Positions 50,999-63,873 of a stretch of DNA of 64,000 nt are shown piece by piece; the stretch's first letter is position 1; every line of letters starts with the position of its first letter. Both the position numbers and the translations under genes were made by a program. This DNA is from Eledone cirrhosa (Eukaryota): contig OZ024741.1 in the NCBI GenBank assembly GCA_964016885.1, positions 221,960,001-222,024,000 of the forward strand, given 5' to 3'. The notes under the pieces were generated by a model. It made no database searches, was not told the DNA's origin, and saw only the letters and a program-made list of their open reading frames with translations.

Positions 50999-52545
50999 GA
51001 GAGGGGCTGAGCTGTCAACTGATCACCATCTAGTTATCTGCAACTTGAGACTACCTAAAGCCAAAGGAGCCCACAAAACTGGCAGGTCCATGGCGACCTA
51101 CAGGATAAAGTTTGAAGCATTGGTGGATAAGGAAGTCAGGACCAGGTATGCAGATACTATTGCATCAAAATTCAGAGAACTCCCTGCGGAAACTGAGGAC
51201 ATTGAAATGGAGTGGAGACTGTTCAGCTGAGCTGTTAAATGCTGCAGGTGAAAGAAGTTTGGTATGACACTGGATGGCAAGAGGACCCTTTGGTTCAATC
51301 AAGAGGTAAAGATGCCATCTGAGCAAAGGAGGCCTACAAAGCTTGGCTTGGAAATAAGTCTTCTGCACACATGGTACAAGAAGGCATGAAAAGTCGCAGC
51401 AGTGATAGTAAAGGCTTCCACAGTTAAGATATGGGAAAACTTTGTAATTAAGCTGCCAAGAGATGTATTCTTGCTTTTTAGACTTCAAAAAGGCATATGA
51501 CCATGTTCTACGGGACCTGCTGTGGACAATTCTGCAGGAGTGTGGGATCAATGATCAGCTTCTTGTTGCTCCAATGTCTCTATACGAATGCCTGAGTATT
51601 TGTCTTCAGATAAATGGTGCTAAATTCAAAATCATTCAATGTTGGAATCAGACTCTACAAAGGGTGTGTACTGTCACCTTTCCTGATCTTTATCTTTATC
51701 TTTATGAACAGGATTGACATACACAGCTGGGTTGGAAGTAGTGTCATGACTGGCAGGTGAAAGGTCACTCAGCTGGAATTTTCAAACAACATGGTATTAC
51801 TTGTCGGAAGGTGATCTCCAACATGCACTTGATAGGTTTAATGACAAGTGCTTCATGGCTGGAATGAAAATCAATGCTGAGAAAACTGAGACACTCGTCC
51901 TCTCAAGGGAGCCTGTGCAATGCAATCTATATGTGAATGGTGTTCCACTAAAGCAGGTAGAGAAGTTCAACTATTTCGGGGCCATGTTCACAAGTGATGG
52001 AAGGCAGGAGGCTGAATTAAATGCAAGAATTGTAGGAGCTGGGGCAGTAATGTGCCAGCTACAGTATTCAATAATCAGAAGGGAGGAATGTGTAAAAGAC
52101 AAATTTGCTATCTTCAATTCAGTATTTGTGCCAATCTTTACGTATGGTCATGAATCTTTGGTAATGATTGAAAGATACAATTGCAAATACAAGCGGCCGA
52201 AATGAGGTTCCTCCAAAGGGTCTTTGGAATAACGCTACTTGATAGAGTGCATACTTGGAGATCAGAGAGTCACTCCAAGAAGAGCTGCTACTTCTCCAAA
52301 TTGAGAGATCACAGCTCTGATATTACGGGCATGTAGTTAGAATGTTTCAGGAAAGAATTGCTGGACAGATCTTACTGGCAGAACCAACCAGCAGGAGACC
52401 CAGGGGTAGACCCCGAGCAAGATGGTTGGATAACATCCATGAGCTCAGTTGGTCTTACTTGTGGATCCAGCCAGATCAATTGGAGGCAGTTGGTTCTGAT
52501 GGGACCCACTGGAAGGAGTGTTTGAGGACTCTGCTCCCATGACCC
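50999..52545 (+). mobile_element. Degraded RTE-clade LINE of a different family
   Basis: RGAELSTDHHLV, FLDFKKAYD, GMKINAEKTE, FNYFG, YGHES, PRGRPRARW. Confidence 0.85.
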
Positions 52546-53201
52546 TCTCAGGAATAAGTGGGCAAAGATGATTAGGAATTTGGAGGGATTTAGTAGTATA
52601 ACCAACTTTCTCATTATTATGTTGGTGTTTGGAACACAACAAAAGTTATTACATAAAATTTTAATGGAAGGCTTTTATATAAAGTTTAACTATTGTGTTA
52701 ACCATATTTCTCATGAAATAAAACTGCCTATAATTTTCAATTAATTTTGAAAATAAGAAATTAAAGGGATATAGTACTATGATTAATTTGTTTTTATTAA
52801 GTTGGTGTTTAGAACATAACTTAAAGGCTTTTACATAAAATTATGATGGAGGTTTGTAGATATGTTTAAACTCTTTAAATAAACAGATTTGTATCATGTG
52901 TTTTTGTTTCAGAAGGCTATTTTTAAAGTCTGCTTCTTTTGAATGAATCTGAGTTATCTCCATGCCCTTTTTTTTTCCATTTCGCCAATATACTGTTTTG
53001 TACTTTTTAAAAATGTCTTGTCAATGTAGTTGCATGTTGTACAGGATGTTAAAAGTGGTTTTGTCTCATAGAACCAGAGCTGGCTTTGGCTGGGTTGGTA
53101 TCAAAAGGGTTGATCGTAGAAACCATATTTCTAATTTTATAAAAAATATATACAATATTTGTTACATTTCTGTTTACTTTTACTGCCATATTTTATTTTA
53201 G

Positions 53202-53299
53202 CTACAGTTATGAAAGAAGATAACTCGGTACCCAATCGTTCTTTACTTGTCATCAACAGAGGAATCAAACGCAAAGTATATTCCAATAATAAATCAGAA
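53202..53299 (+). CDS. BRCA1: BRCA1 putative coding exon 5
   Basis: TTTTAG|(A)TVMKEDNSVPNRSLLVINRGIKRKVYSNNKSE|GTTAGT. Phase 1-0 fits the neighbouring exons; no homology support. Confidence 0.6.
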
Positions 53300-53474
53300 G
53301 TTAGTATAATCTTCCATTTCATAGATTTGAACCCTTTTGTGACCATATTTCTAATGACATGGACTATTTCAATTAATTAATGAATAATTTCGAGGGATTT
53401 ACTAAAATTATATCATTATTAAGATGGTATTTATAACATTACATATGGTTCTTAAATAGAATTGTGTTGGAAGG

Positions 53475-53790
53475 TTTTAATTTTAAATAGGAACCCTTTA
53501 AAATGGGTGGTTTTATTTTATAGAAACACAGCTGGTTTTGGCTGGATTGGTATCAAAAAGGTTAAGTAGGAACCCTTTAAAATGGACGATTTTGCTTTGT
53601 AGAACCAGTGACAGTTTTTCAGCGAGTTCGTATCGAAAGAGTTAAATAGAAACCTTTTAAAATGGGCGTCTTCATTTCATAGAACCAGACATGGTTTTGG
53701 CCTATTAAAAGAGTTGAATAAGAACCATTTAAAATAACAAGGAAAACAAATGATGAGAGATAGTTTTGGCCGAGTTGGGATCAAAACTAT
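53475..53790. repeat. Tandem array of ~80-bp MITE terminal fragments
   Basis: GAACCCTTTAAAATGG..ATAGAACCAG..GGTATCAAAA.GGTTAA occurs about four times. The opposite orientation occurs at ~44835-44995 and ~9640-9900. Confidence 0.6.
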
Positions 53791-53949
53791 AACTAATGTT
53801 AGTAATTTTATTCATTGTTAATGCTAACCAAGGTTTGCAAGGGGAGAAATTTGACTTGCGTTTCTAAGAACCACTGGTCTATACAATTCTTGAGGTTATT
53901 GGCTGAAATGTTGACAATTGGGAAGGGATTGAGGTAACCTGGGACAATA

Positions 53950-54590
53950 AAGAGTGGAATGTTATCTGTGGTTGTAATGGGTGGGATGTGATCTGTGATT
54001 GTAATGGGTGGGATGTGATCTGTGATTGTAATGGGTGGGATTGATCTATGATTGCAAGGGGTGGAATGTGATTTGTGATTGTAAGGGGTGGAATGGGATC
54101 TGTGATTGTAAGGGGTGGAATGTGATTTGTGATTGTAAGAGGTGGAATGTGATTTGTGATTGTAAGGGGTGGAATGGGATCTGTGATTGTAAGAGGTGGA
54201 ATGTGATTTGTGATTGTAAGAGGTGGAATGTGATTTGTGATTGTAAGGGGTGGAATGGGATCTGTGATTGTAAGAGGTGGAATGGGATCTTGGATTGTAA
54301 GAGGTGGAATGTGATTTGTGATTGTAAGGGGTGGAATGGGATCTGTGATTGTAAGAGGTGGAATGGGATCTTGGATTGTAAGAGGTGGAATGTGATCTGT
54401 GATTGTAATGGGTGGAATGTGATCTTGGATTGTAAGGAGTTGAATGTGATCTGTGATTGTAAGGGGTTGAATGTGATCTGGGATTATGAGGGATGGAATG
54501 GGATCTGTGATTGTAAGAGGTGGAATGTGATCTGTGATTGTAATGGGTGGAATGTAATCTTTGATTGTAAGGGGTGGAATGTAACCTGGG
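53950..54590. repeat. 27-bp minisatellite, about 24 units
   Basis: Unit GGGTGGAATGTGATTTGTGATTGTAAG with variants; 9-aa periodicity in the ORF track. Confidence 0.95.
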
Positions 54591-55139
54591 TCTATGAGTA
54601 CCACTGGGTTAATGATTCCGTTGGAAATTCAGTTTAACCAAATAACAAAATATTTTGTGTTGATCCATTAACAATGAATTTATTTTGAAATTCCATTAAT
54701 TCTGTGAGAGTAAATGCTATGTAATAATAATATCTAAAAAATCCTTGTTTTTAGTATTCACACTTTTCTGTACGTATCATAAGAGAATACCTGGCTTAGA
54801 TGTTCACCTTTATGTTACCATATTTCTAATAAAAGACTAAATAATTTTGAAAATAATCAAGAATTTGGAGGAATTTACTAATATAATTAAGTTTCTCATT
54901 AAGTTTGTGTTTAGAACCTATCTTAAAAAAAGTTCTTAAGTAAAATTAAGATGGAAGGTTTAAGAAATTCCAATCATGAAAGCAAAAATCTGAAATAAAA
55001 AAAACTTCAAAGTGAAGTTAGCTCAATATGCAAAATAGGAGCTTGTAGAAATTCTATACAGTGTACTAAATGTAAACTATGGATACATGAGATATAGCAG
55101 GATCTAGGGCAGGCTAACAAAGAATATAGGCTATGTATG

Positions 55140-55760
55140 TGGCAGGTGCACAGGAGCATTAAGTAGCATGCACCCACATAAAACATGTTATTGAATGCTC
55201 TGATGACTGCTGAAAAATGGTTGACAGCTTCTTTTACTTAGATAACTTAAGCAATGGGGGCAGGTGATCTGAAAGTATGGTAGCTGGAGTGAGAACTAGG
55301 TGAAAAAGGCCCTTTTCAGTTTATAAAGGGCTTGTCTCACAGGACAAAAGGCAGATTATATATGCTTGTGTGAGAACTGCAATGCTGCATGGAAGTGAGA
55401 CTTGGGCTTTGAATGCAGAGAATTTGCAAAGATTGGAAAGAAATGAAGTAGGCATGCTCCAATGGATGTATAATATTAGTGTGTATGGAAGAAAGCAACA
55501 AACTGAGAGTAAAGCTGAGCATAAGAAGGTTTAGGTTGCAGTCTATGAGAGAAAATTGCACTGGTATGGGCATAGTAGTATAAAGAATGACAGCTGCATA
55601 AAAAAGTGTAGAGCACTCAAAGTTGATAGAAAATGCAAAAGAGATAGACCCAAGAAAACTTAGGATGGTTTTGGTAAAAGGTGACCTCTTGAAGCTGAAC
55701 ATCATGAAGGATATGACACAGGATCAGGTCATCTGAGATATACTGTATTACCTTCCCATA
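55140..55760 (+). mobile_element. Degraded RTE LINE 3' fragment
   Basis: KGRLY..AMLHGSETWALNAENLQRLERNE. Confidence 0.75.
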
Positions 55761-57365
55761 CTAGTAGGGTGAAATGCAAGCAAAAAGAGAGATAGACAGA
55801 CCTGACGCCTCTGTTCATCTTCTTCCCTTATCCCCCTCTCTCCAAATGTTCTTCCATGCACATTCTCCATGCCTCACTTGCTAATGCCACTCTCTTTACA
55901 GTGAGTACTGGGGGCATAGTTTCTATAGCTGGATACCCTTTCTCACTCTAAATTTTTGACTGCATATACTGGGAACATTTTATTGTGACCAGCACTACCA
56001 CCTAACAGGGTGGACTGGGTGCTTCTGATGTGGCACCAGCTCTACTGCCAGACAATGCAGACTTTTGCATGGAACTGAAATGTGAAGTTTTATTGGGTAT
56101 ACTTGTAAAAGTTAATCCCGTGTAAAAAATGACTTCTTATTTTTTGCCAAAATATTTGGATAATTTCACGTTTTTCATGTAAAAGTAAACCCTAGTTCTT
56201 CAGGGACAGCAAATCAACATTTATGAATCAAGGCAATATTCTGAGTATAAATGTTATAATGAGGAAATTAATTTTTCAATGTTATTGTGTCCTGTTGTAC
56301 TCAGGTCGAATATCTTATGTATTAGTCCGTAGAAACATCAGTGTCATGTAAATTCATTGTTTTATTTTTATTTATTTAGAGTCCACTTGGGCTTCTGCTT
56401 ATTGATACATTATTTTCGTTTGTAGTGTGAATTTCAACCCCTAAAAGTAGTATCCATCTAATAGTCGACCTCATAAATTTAACCTAAAAAACAGTCTAAA
56501 AAAATTCAACTTTTACATGAGTTTAAAGAGCAAGTTACTTAACTATGTAAAAAAAAACTGCACTAATATAATTGTAGGCAGAGTCAGCGCTACCAGTAAG
56601 GCCAGCTAGACAGCTGTCTAGGGTGCATTACTTAACCTTAAAGGATCACAATTTTATAGAAATTTGTATAATTAACTCAAATATAAAATAATTTCTTGCA
56701 ATCAATAAATAAATTGCTAAACATCTTTGTTGTGTAGCAATGTTGTGGGAATATCCAAAGCAGTGGAAAGGATCATATGGTGTTGTGGCTTGTAACATGA
56801 TTTAGTATGCGTGAGTGTAGACTGTGCAGGGAAAAATGCAGGCTTAGTAATTTTCTTAGTGTGATCAGAGCAAAATGTGTCAAAACTAGGTTTGTCATTT
56901 TACTAAACTCTTAGTTGAAATGATTTTGTTTGAGAGAATGGGGCACATAACATTGTAAAGCTAGCCAAGGGTACTAAATACCCAGGTGCTAGCCTTGAAT
57001 ATAGGATGTTCTGAAAACAAACCATATTTTTTTTCTTTCCAAGAAATTCATAGTGGAAGAGTATCATATCAGCATTTTTTATTGTCCATTTTTCCATGCT
57101 CACATGGGTTATATTGTATATTTTGAGACAATGTTTTACAATCAGATGCCCTTCTTGATGCCAATGGCATGCAGGGATATGGTGTATCTATTCTAAAAAT
57201 CAGGATGCACATGGCATCATCGTTCATCATCATCGTTTAATGTCCATTTTCCCTGTATGATGCATACTGGAATTTTACATAGGAAACATCCGGAAGGCTT
57301 GATAACACTTTGGTATATGTATAACTTATCCTCTGTATTAACTAGTTGTGTTCATTCTTTGTCAG

Positions 57366-57429
57366 GTTCTTGATGCTACAAAAGTAGAAAATTCAAAGTT
57401 GAATGGTGAAAACTTAGCTAAAGAGAAAG
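57366..57429 (+). CDS. BRCA1: BRCA1 putative coding exon 6
   Basis: TTCTTTGTCAG|VLDATKVENSKLNGENLAKEK(G)|GTATTG. Phase 0-1 fits the neighbouring exons. Confidence 0.6.
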
Positions 57430-58317
57430 GTATTGTAAAAAAAAAAAAAGTAATATTTCCTTTTGAAAGGTGTGGTAACATAGCCAAGAACATTGAACTT
57501 AAGGTATAATGTCCTTAACATTAACGGACTGTCAGTTTTATACATGGCACAGTTCAATCAACTCTTTGCAAGTATTGATTTTGAGCCTAATCAAAAGAAA
57601 TCAATATTTATAAGACAACAAATGATTAATCATTTTACAAAATGCCAGATATTTGGGATTGTGAAAGCTGCCACAACACGTTTAAATATTGAACTAAAAA
57701 TAGGTAAATAAGCATGTTAAATAAACTGGAGGCAGAAAAAAAATGAACAGACATACCTGCAGAATCGAACTCACATCTGGCATATGCTGTACTTTTTCTG
57801 TCTCAACTGGTTTATAGTTAAATATCTAAACATGCATTGTTGCAGCTTTCACAAGCTTTACATACTTTCAAAATATTTATAAGATATTACATCCTACTAG
57901 AGTGTATAATTTGGAATGGATTTCTATCAATTTCAATGATGATTGTTCCAGTTGTTCCATCAATAGAACAGCCTGCTCAGCTCCACAGGCATGTGTACCC
58001 GTAATGTAATTCTCAGGTACAGTCCATCCGACAGACTTCAAACAGAATCCCTCTTCAATCAAAGGATGGGGTCAACCCGAGATTATGGTAAAAAGATTCT
58101 TGCCCAAGATACCATTCAGTATATAATTCAAACCATTTAAAATACACACACACACTATCACCATCTAAATTGTTTTCATTACCATTGAAACTTTCACTTC
58201 AAACATATGCCTTCTTCTTTTTTCGTCGGCGGCAGCTTCTTTTTCTCCTCCTCATTATTATTGAATACATATAAAAATGAAAAAAAATTCATTGCTAGAA
58301 CAACTGTTAAAACAGCT

Positions 58318-58793
58318 CAGAGACGTGCAACCAAGCGAATACCCTCCATCAGGCATCTACCATACTCTGAGCGCCTTGCTTCCCTGGGCATGGATTCATT
58401 GAAGCTCCGACGCCTGGCAACTGACTTGGTAAACACCCACAAAATTGTTAACCATGTTGCCAACAACAACCCTGAGTACCTTTTCGATTTCCATGTGTCT
58501 AACACACGAGGACATGCCCACAAAGTAAGAAAACAGCACAATTCCCATGACTTTCGGAAACATTTTTTCACGCTCAGAGTTGCTGAAGCATGGAACAAAC
58601 TACCTGCATCAGTTGTTAGCTGTCGAGACACTGCATCCTTTAAGGCCTCGATGCTTCCCGAGATCCGCCAACAGAACAGCTAACACATACACACATGTAC
58701 TTCCCTGACATTTGTGTATTATTCTATGTACTATATTGACGAGTTGTAGTGCACCTGAGCACTTTACACAATAATTTCATTATTATTATTATT
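58318..58793 (+). mobile_element. CR1-clade LINE 3' fragment inserted in a palindromic element (58261-58958)
   Basis: QRRATKRIP..YSERL..TRGHAHK..FFTLRVAEAWNKLP; (ATT)n tail. Confidence 0.88.
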
Positions 58794-59278
58794 AAATGCT
58801 CTCAAAGACAGCAATGGGCAAAAATGCATGAGAGGACAGAGACCAGCAGCCACTGGTCTCTGTCCTCAGACAGTTTTGCCCATCGCTGTCTTTGACAGCA
58901 TTTAGCTGTTTTAACAGTTGTTCGAGCAATGAGTTTTCTCATTTTTATATGTATTCAATCAAATACACTCTCGCTCCATCTCGATCAGAGACAACCTTGA
59001 TTTAATATTATTATTATTTTTCCTTCTTTTTTTTTCTTTTTTTTTTTTTAAATCCTTCAAATATTTGGAATCATTATTTAATTAACAACCATGCACACAT
59101 AATATTTCTTTTTAACATAATTAACTGCATCTCATTAAATATTAAAAACTTTACTCTAATACTGTAAATTTTCACAATGATTTGTTCAATAGTAAAAAAA
59201 AAATGATATAAACATTTGAATTAACCAACCTGTTTTGAGACATTTTCTGTTAAATCAATATAGGATGTTAAGAGTTAA

Positions 59279-59411
59279 CTCTTAACATCCTGTAATGTGG
59301 ACAGATCATTGTGGAAATGTCCAGTATTTGATTAAAGTAAAGATTTCAATTTTCAATGTGGTGCAGTCATGTTTTGCTAATTTGGTTTCATATGGTACAG
59401 GATGTTAAGAG
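59279..59411. mobile_element. TTAA-flanked MITE
   Basis: 16-bp perfect TIR CTCTTAACATCCTGTA with TTAA on both sides. Relatives at ~9980-10260 and ~44360-44750. Confidence 0.75.
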
Positions 59412-59552
59412 TTAAGAAATTCTAAAATGTCTTTTCTCTATCCAATCCTGATTGCTTATGATTCTGACATTGATCTGTTTCTCCCTTGCTCATGAATTAT
59501 ATATCACTGTTTCTCCCTCTGTCATCAATTATACATCAATGTTTTTTCCTAG

Positions 59553-60383
59553 GTCAAGAATTATTTAAGAATTTGAAAACTTACAGTAGAGCAAATGATG
59601 TACATAAGAACAGAAAGAGAATAATTCAATGGCTTCAACAGCTTCCTAGTTTCTTTGATGATTGGAATGAAGACAAGAATGAAGAAAGTAGTAGATGTGA
59701 ACTGTTTCAACCAGTTAAGACTAATATAAAGATGTCACAGTATTATTATGAGCAGTTTCAGCGAGATAAGTGTGATGTAAAGAAAAGATCAACACTGAGC
59801 ATTTCTAATTCTTCCTTAAAAGATGATATCTCTGTTTATGATATTTCCATATCACAAACTTGTCCAATTTATTCTGAAGCTATCAACAGAGCTGACAATA
59901 ACCCCAAAGAATATTTGAAGGAGAAACCAAGTAACTTCAACTCTACAACACCATCTAACTCCACCTATAATGGTATCAAAAGACAGAAAAGGACACTGAA
60001 ACCTAAAAAGCAGTTGAGTTATTATAAAAAACTCAGACAGTTAATGTGGAAGAAAATTGAACAATCCAGAAAGTTAAGATATGACAAAAAGAATAAGAGC
60101 CCTTATTCTTCTGTCAATACAGTTTCAAAGAATGATATTATTGATTTAACATCTCTGATGCCTTCACCATCTCAGCAAGAATACTCTACTGAAATGGTTA
60201 ATAGGAACAGGGAAATTGTTGGAACCAAAAAATACCATGACAAAAAACTGTCTATGAATGAAAGTTTGGCAAAAGCCAAAATTAAAAATCAGGAGAAAAA
60301 GCCCCGATTTTGGAAAGATACAAAATTATCCAACATTTTGAATGTGCAACAAGCAAGCAAAAGATTTCTATATAAATTCAGAG
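59553..60383 (+). CDS. BRCA1: BRCA1 coding exon 7 (831 nt)
   Basis: TTTTTTCCTAG acceptor, GAG|GTAATC donor, phase 1-1, inside ORF 59486-60664. Basic clusters and KRIIQWL. Confidence 0.75.
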
Positions 60384-60664
60384 GTAATCATTCCCCAAAA
60401 TCTGGTCATTTTGCCATCAACTTTCATACCTGGAACTTCTTTTTCAATACACTTTATGGCCAGTTAGTAAAATACACTAGTTGCAATAAAAAACAGTCTT
60501 TCTTATATGATGAAGATGATGATGATCGTCATTATCATCATTTTATGTCTGTTCGTTCATGCTGGCATGGGTTAAATGAGTCAGAGCCATATCTTGCTTA
60601 TAAACATTCCAGTATTGACAATGTCTCTACAGTGGGATGCCTCTCCAAACACCAATCACTTTAG

Positions 60665-60950
60665 AACATGTACTGGGTATATTTTATTGTGACGCCAGCA
60701 CTACTACTTTACAGAGTGTAGTGGGAGCATTTTATCGTGGGACCAGCACTACTACTTACTAAGTGCATTTTATTGTGGCAAAACACTACTACCTTACTGA
60801 GTGTACTAAGCATATTTTATTCTGGCACCAGTGCTTTCACTTTAAAGAGTGTTCTGGGTCTATTTTATTGTGGTACCAGCACTACCACTTTATTGGGTGC
60901 ATTTTATTGTAGTATCAGCACTACCCGTTTATTGAGTGCATTGGGTATAT
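60665..60950 (-). repeat. Degenerate tandem array of the ~35-48-bp RTE-UTR unit
   Basis: GGGTGCATTTTATTGTGGCACCAGCACTACCACTTTA variants, about 6-7 units. Similar arrays at ~8990-9135 and ~45030-45185. Confidence 0.7.
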
Positions 60951-61294
60951 TTTTTTTTGTAGACCAATATTACTCTTTAAGACGTTTTTCAGTATTCTAC
61001 AGTTGAAGGTCAATATCCCACATTAAACCCTTTTGTTACCATATTTCTATTTAGACTCACTATAATCCACAGCAATGCCTTGAGTGTCTTGGTTTACCTA
61101 AAAAATTACTAGAAGGAAGCTCTAGCATCCCCTGTTGTGGCATGTAATTGTGGTTGTATGTCTTTTTTCATGTTTTTTGTTTTCTTTCTTATTTGATTTT
61201 TTTAATACTATTTTTTATTATTTTCTCTGTAAATTGTTAATCATTTGATAATTTTGGTAAATCATCATAACTATATCAATTTTATTTATTTCAG

Positions 61295-63873
61295 AAATGC
61301 ACCCGGAATCTGTAAAAGTTCATCAAAGTGACTTGAACAATTCTGATAGACAAGATTCTAGCTCTGGTTTATCACCATTGAACAGATCTGCCAGAACCAA
61401 GAATTGCTCTGCAGTAAAAACTACACCTCAATTGAAAGAGGAATCTTCAATATCTTTTGATGTTGAATTAATTGTCTCTCATAAAGTTGATAAAACAAAT
61501 GATAAAACATCTCCTCACAAGGATGCTAAAGAATTTTCAAAGCCACTTCATAATTCAGAGATGTTAGAAGTAACTGAACGTTCTCACACTGTCACTGATA
61601 CAGTTGTGCCTTGTAATTCATCAAATTTATCAACTATAAATCAACAAATGAGTACCAAAGAAAGTTGTGATAATATCAAAGGAAATTATAATGTTTCCAA
61701 TGAAAATATCATTAGTGCCTCCAAAGAAAATATTTTTCCTCTGCATGCTGCTGAGATGAGAAACAAAACTGGTGAATCACTAAAAATATCAAAGGATGGC
61801 AAACCTCTTTCAAATTTCTTGTTAATCCCAGATTTCAAACTTGTGGATTATAGTCTCACTCAAAACTCGGTCACATCTGAAGACAATATAAAACTTGATT
61901 GTATGATTTATCCTCAGACAAAGGAAAGTGTTTTATCTCAAGATCGTGAAATAAATAATGAGAAGGAGTTGAACACTGAAAAATGCTCACCAAATGCTTC
62001 TATTTCCCTATCATTGAAAGACTCTTTGTGCAATTTAGAAAATTGTAAAGAAAATGCTGAAGATGTTAATGAAAATCAATGTTTAAAAGGATCTCCCCAA
62101 GATAAAAACACCAGAACATCTAATTGCGAATTGGGTGATAATCTGAATAATTCTAGTTTTCTTTTCGTTGAATCTTATCCGTTATTTAACAGTAATTCTA
62201 AAGTAGATAATAAAGAAATATGTGACAAAGTAGACTGTTCACTGCCAAATAACACTGGAGATTTAGCTGATTCTGATAGTGCCTCTGATAAAACATTAAC
62301 TCCCACTACTATTAATAGTTTTCATGACACCAAAATTGTACCTGACTTTTCCTCTCAACTAAAATACACCACTCCAAAAACTAGTTTTACAAAGATGTCT
62401 GATTTAAATTCACAAGAATCTTCAAAGCTATCTTGTAAAACAAACCTAACTGAATGTCATTCTTCTTCATGTATTAAAATTCCTTGTAGTGTAGATTTCG
62501 AAAGTAATTCTTTAAATATATTACCAGAATTACAGAAACTTTATCAGAATGAAACATCTGAGTCTGAAAAGAAAGAAACACCAAAAGAGAAAGTTGTGCT
62601 TAAGGATGAACTATTTTCACAAAGCCTACCTGTTAATTTTAAGTGCAAAGAGTCTAGAACTACTACAATTCCTAAATCGTTAAACTCACAGAGTTTTACT
62701 CAAGCTAAAAGATCGAAAAGGAAATGTTTTTCTCTTGATGGAAGATATCTGAAATCAGTATTTTCTGATAAAGTTTTAAATTGTGAATCTGAAATAAATG
62801 AAAGTTCAACTAAATATCTTCCATTAATTGAAAATTGTGAAACGACAAAATCTGAGTTCAATTATATTTCTATGGATAGAATGAGTTGGCCAGTCGAGGA
62901 AAAGAAAAAAAACAGTTTAGAAAAAAGAATTACACCAGAAGTGTTTTCTGATCATATTTTATCATTACAGCTTGATAAACGTCCAAAGAAAAGAAAAAGA
63001 TCTAAAACCAGTCAATGTCTCCTTGAAATAAAAAATGACAATTTGAAAGATCCATCATTGAATAGTGATCAGGATGAGACTGCTTGTGAAAAATATATTG
63101 ATCTGTCAAATGCTGTTGACACATCTAGTGACTCTCCAACACAAGCACCTTCATGTGTTGTGGAAACATTAGAAAGTCTCACTGATAAAGCACTCTCACC
63201 TACACCATCTTCTCTTGCTTCTAATAATTTAATGACAGAAAGATCAAGTGAACCATTACTCTCCAGTTGGTCACAACATAATCTACCTCCATATGGTGAT
63301 GACCACAATAGCCTAACTGAAAGCAAAGAAACAGAACTATTTCAAGATAGTGATATTGTAAATAAAGATGTATTGTTCCAACCTGCTAAAGGAGTTACCA
63401 CTGATCAAAAGAATTTGACAGGAATACAAAGTTTTAGTTCCAATGTCAAAGATTGCCACCGTTCTGCAAACATTTCTCAAGGTTGTCTTGACATTAAAGC
63501 TAAACTTTCTGTAAACCCTGTGTGTGAAGTAAGTAGTGACTTCTCAACACAGAACATGTCAGGACTGAGTCAAACAACATCAAATGATGTTACTTTTGTT
63601 ATGGAAGATAACAAGAACACATTGGTTGAGGAGTCACCTCCATATAGAAATAGCTTCAATGAAACAGAAATAACACCAGAAAAAAATGTATATGGTATCG
63701 GGAAAGATAGATATAGTTCAAACGTTAGAACAGTTCCACAGGACGCCATTATTGTTGCGAGTTCATCACAGCTCCATGTAACGTCACATGATGTAGTGTC
63801 ATGTGATGTAGCATCACATGACGCAGTGACACATATAGCTCCACATACAGTGTCACATGTGACAGTGCATGAG
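61295..63873 (+). CDS. BRCA1: BRCA1 coding exon 8 (2579-nt giant exon; gene continues beyond the window)
   Basis: TTTATTTCAG acceptor, GAG|GTAAGA donor, open frame rich in S/N/K/E, NLS-like KRPKKRKRSK, several SQ/TQ motifs. Phase fits exon 7. Confidence 0.82.

Noticed and set aside
53879-54637. Cys/Trp-rich 200-aa or Pro/Ile-rich 241-aa protein, or a CRISPR array
   Set aside because: A head-to-tail 27-bp repeat with no unique spacers, no cas genes, eukaryotic context and no supported splice sites.
59486-60664. 392-aa and 864-aa ORFs as stand-alone single-exon genes
   Set aside because: Both are bounded by phase-compatible splice sites. The tail of the first ORF runs into intronic RTE-derived repeat.
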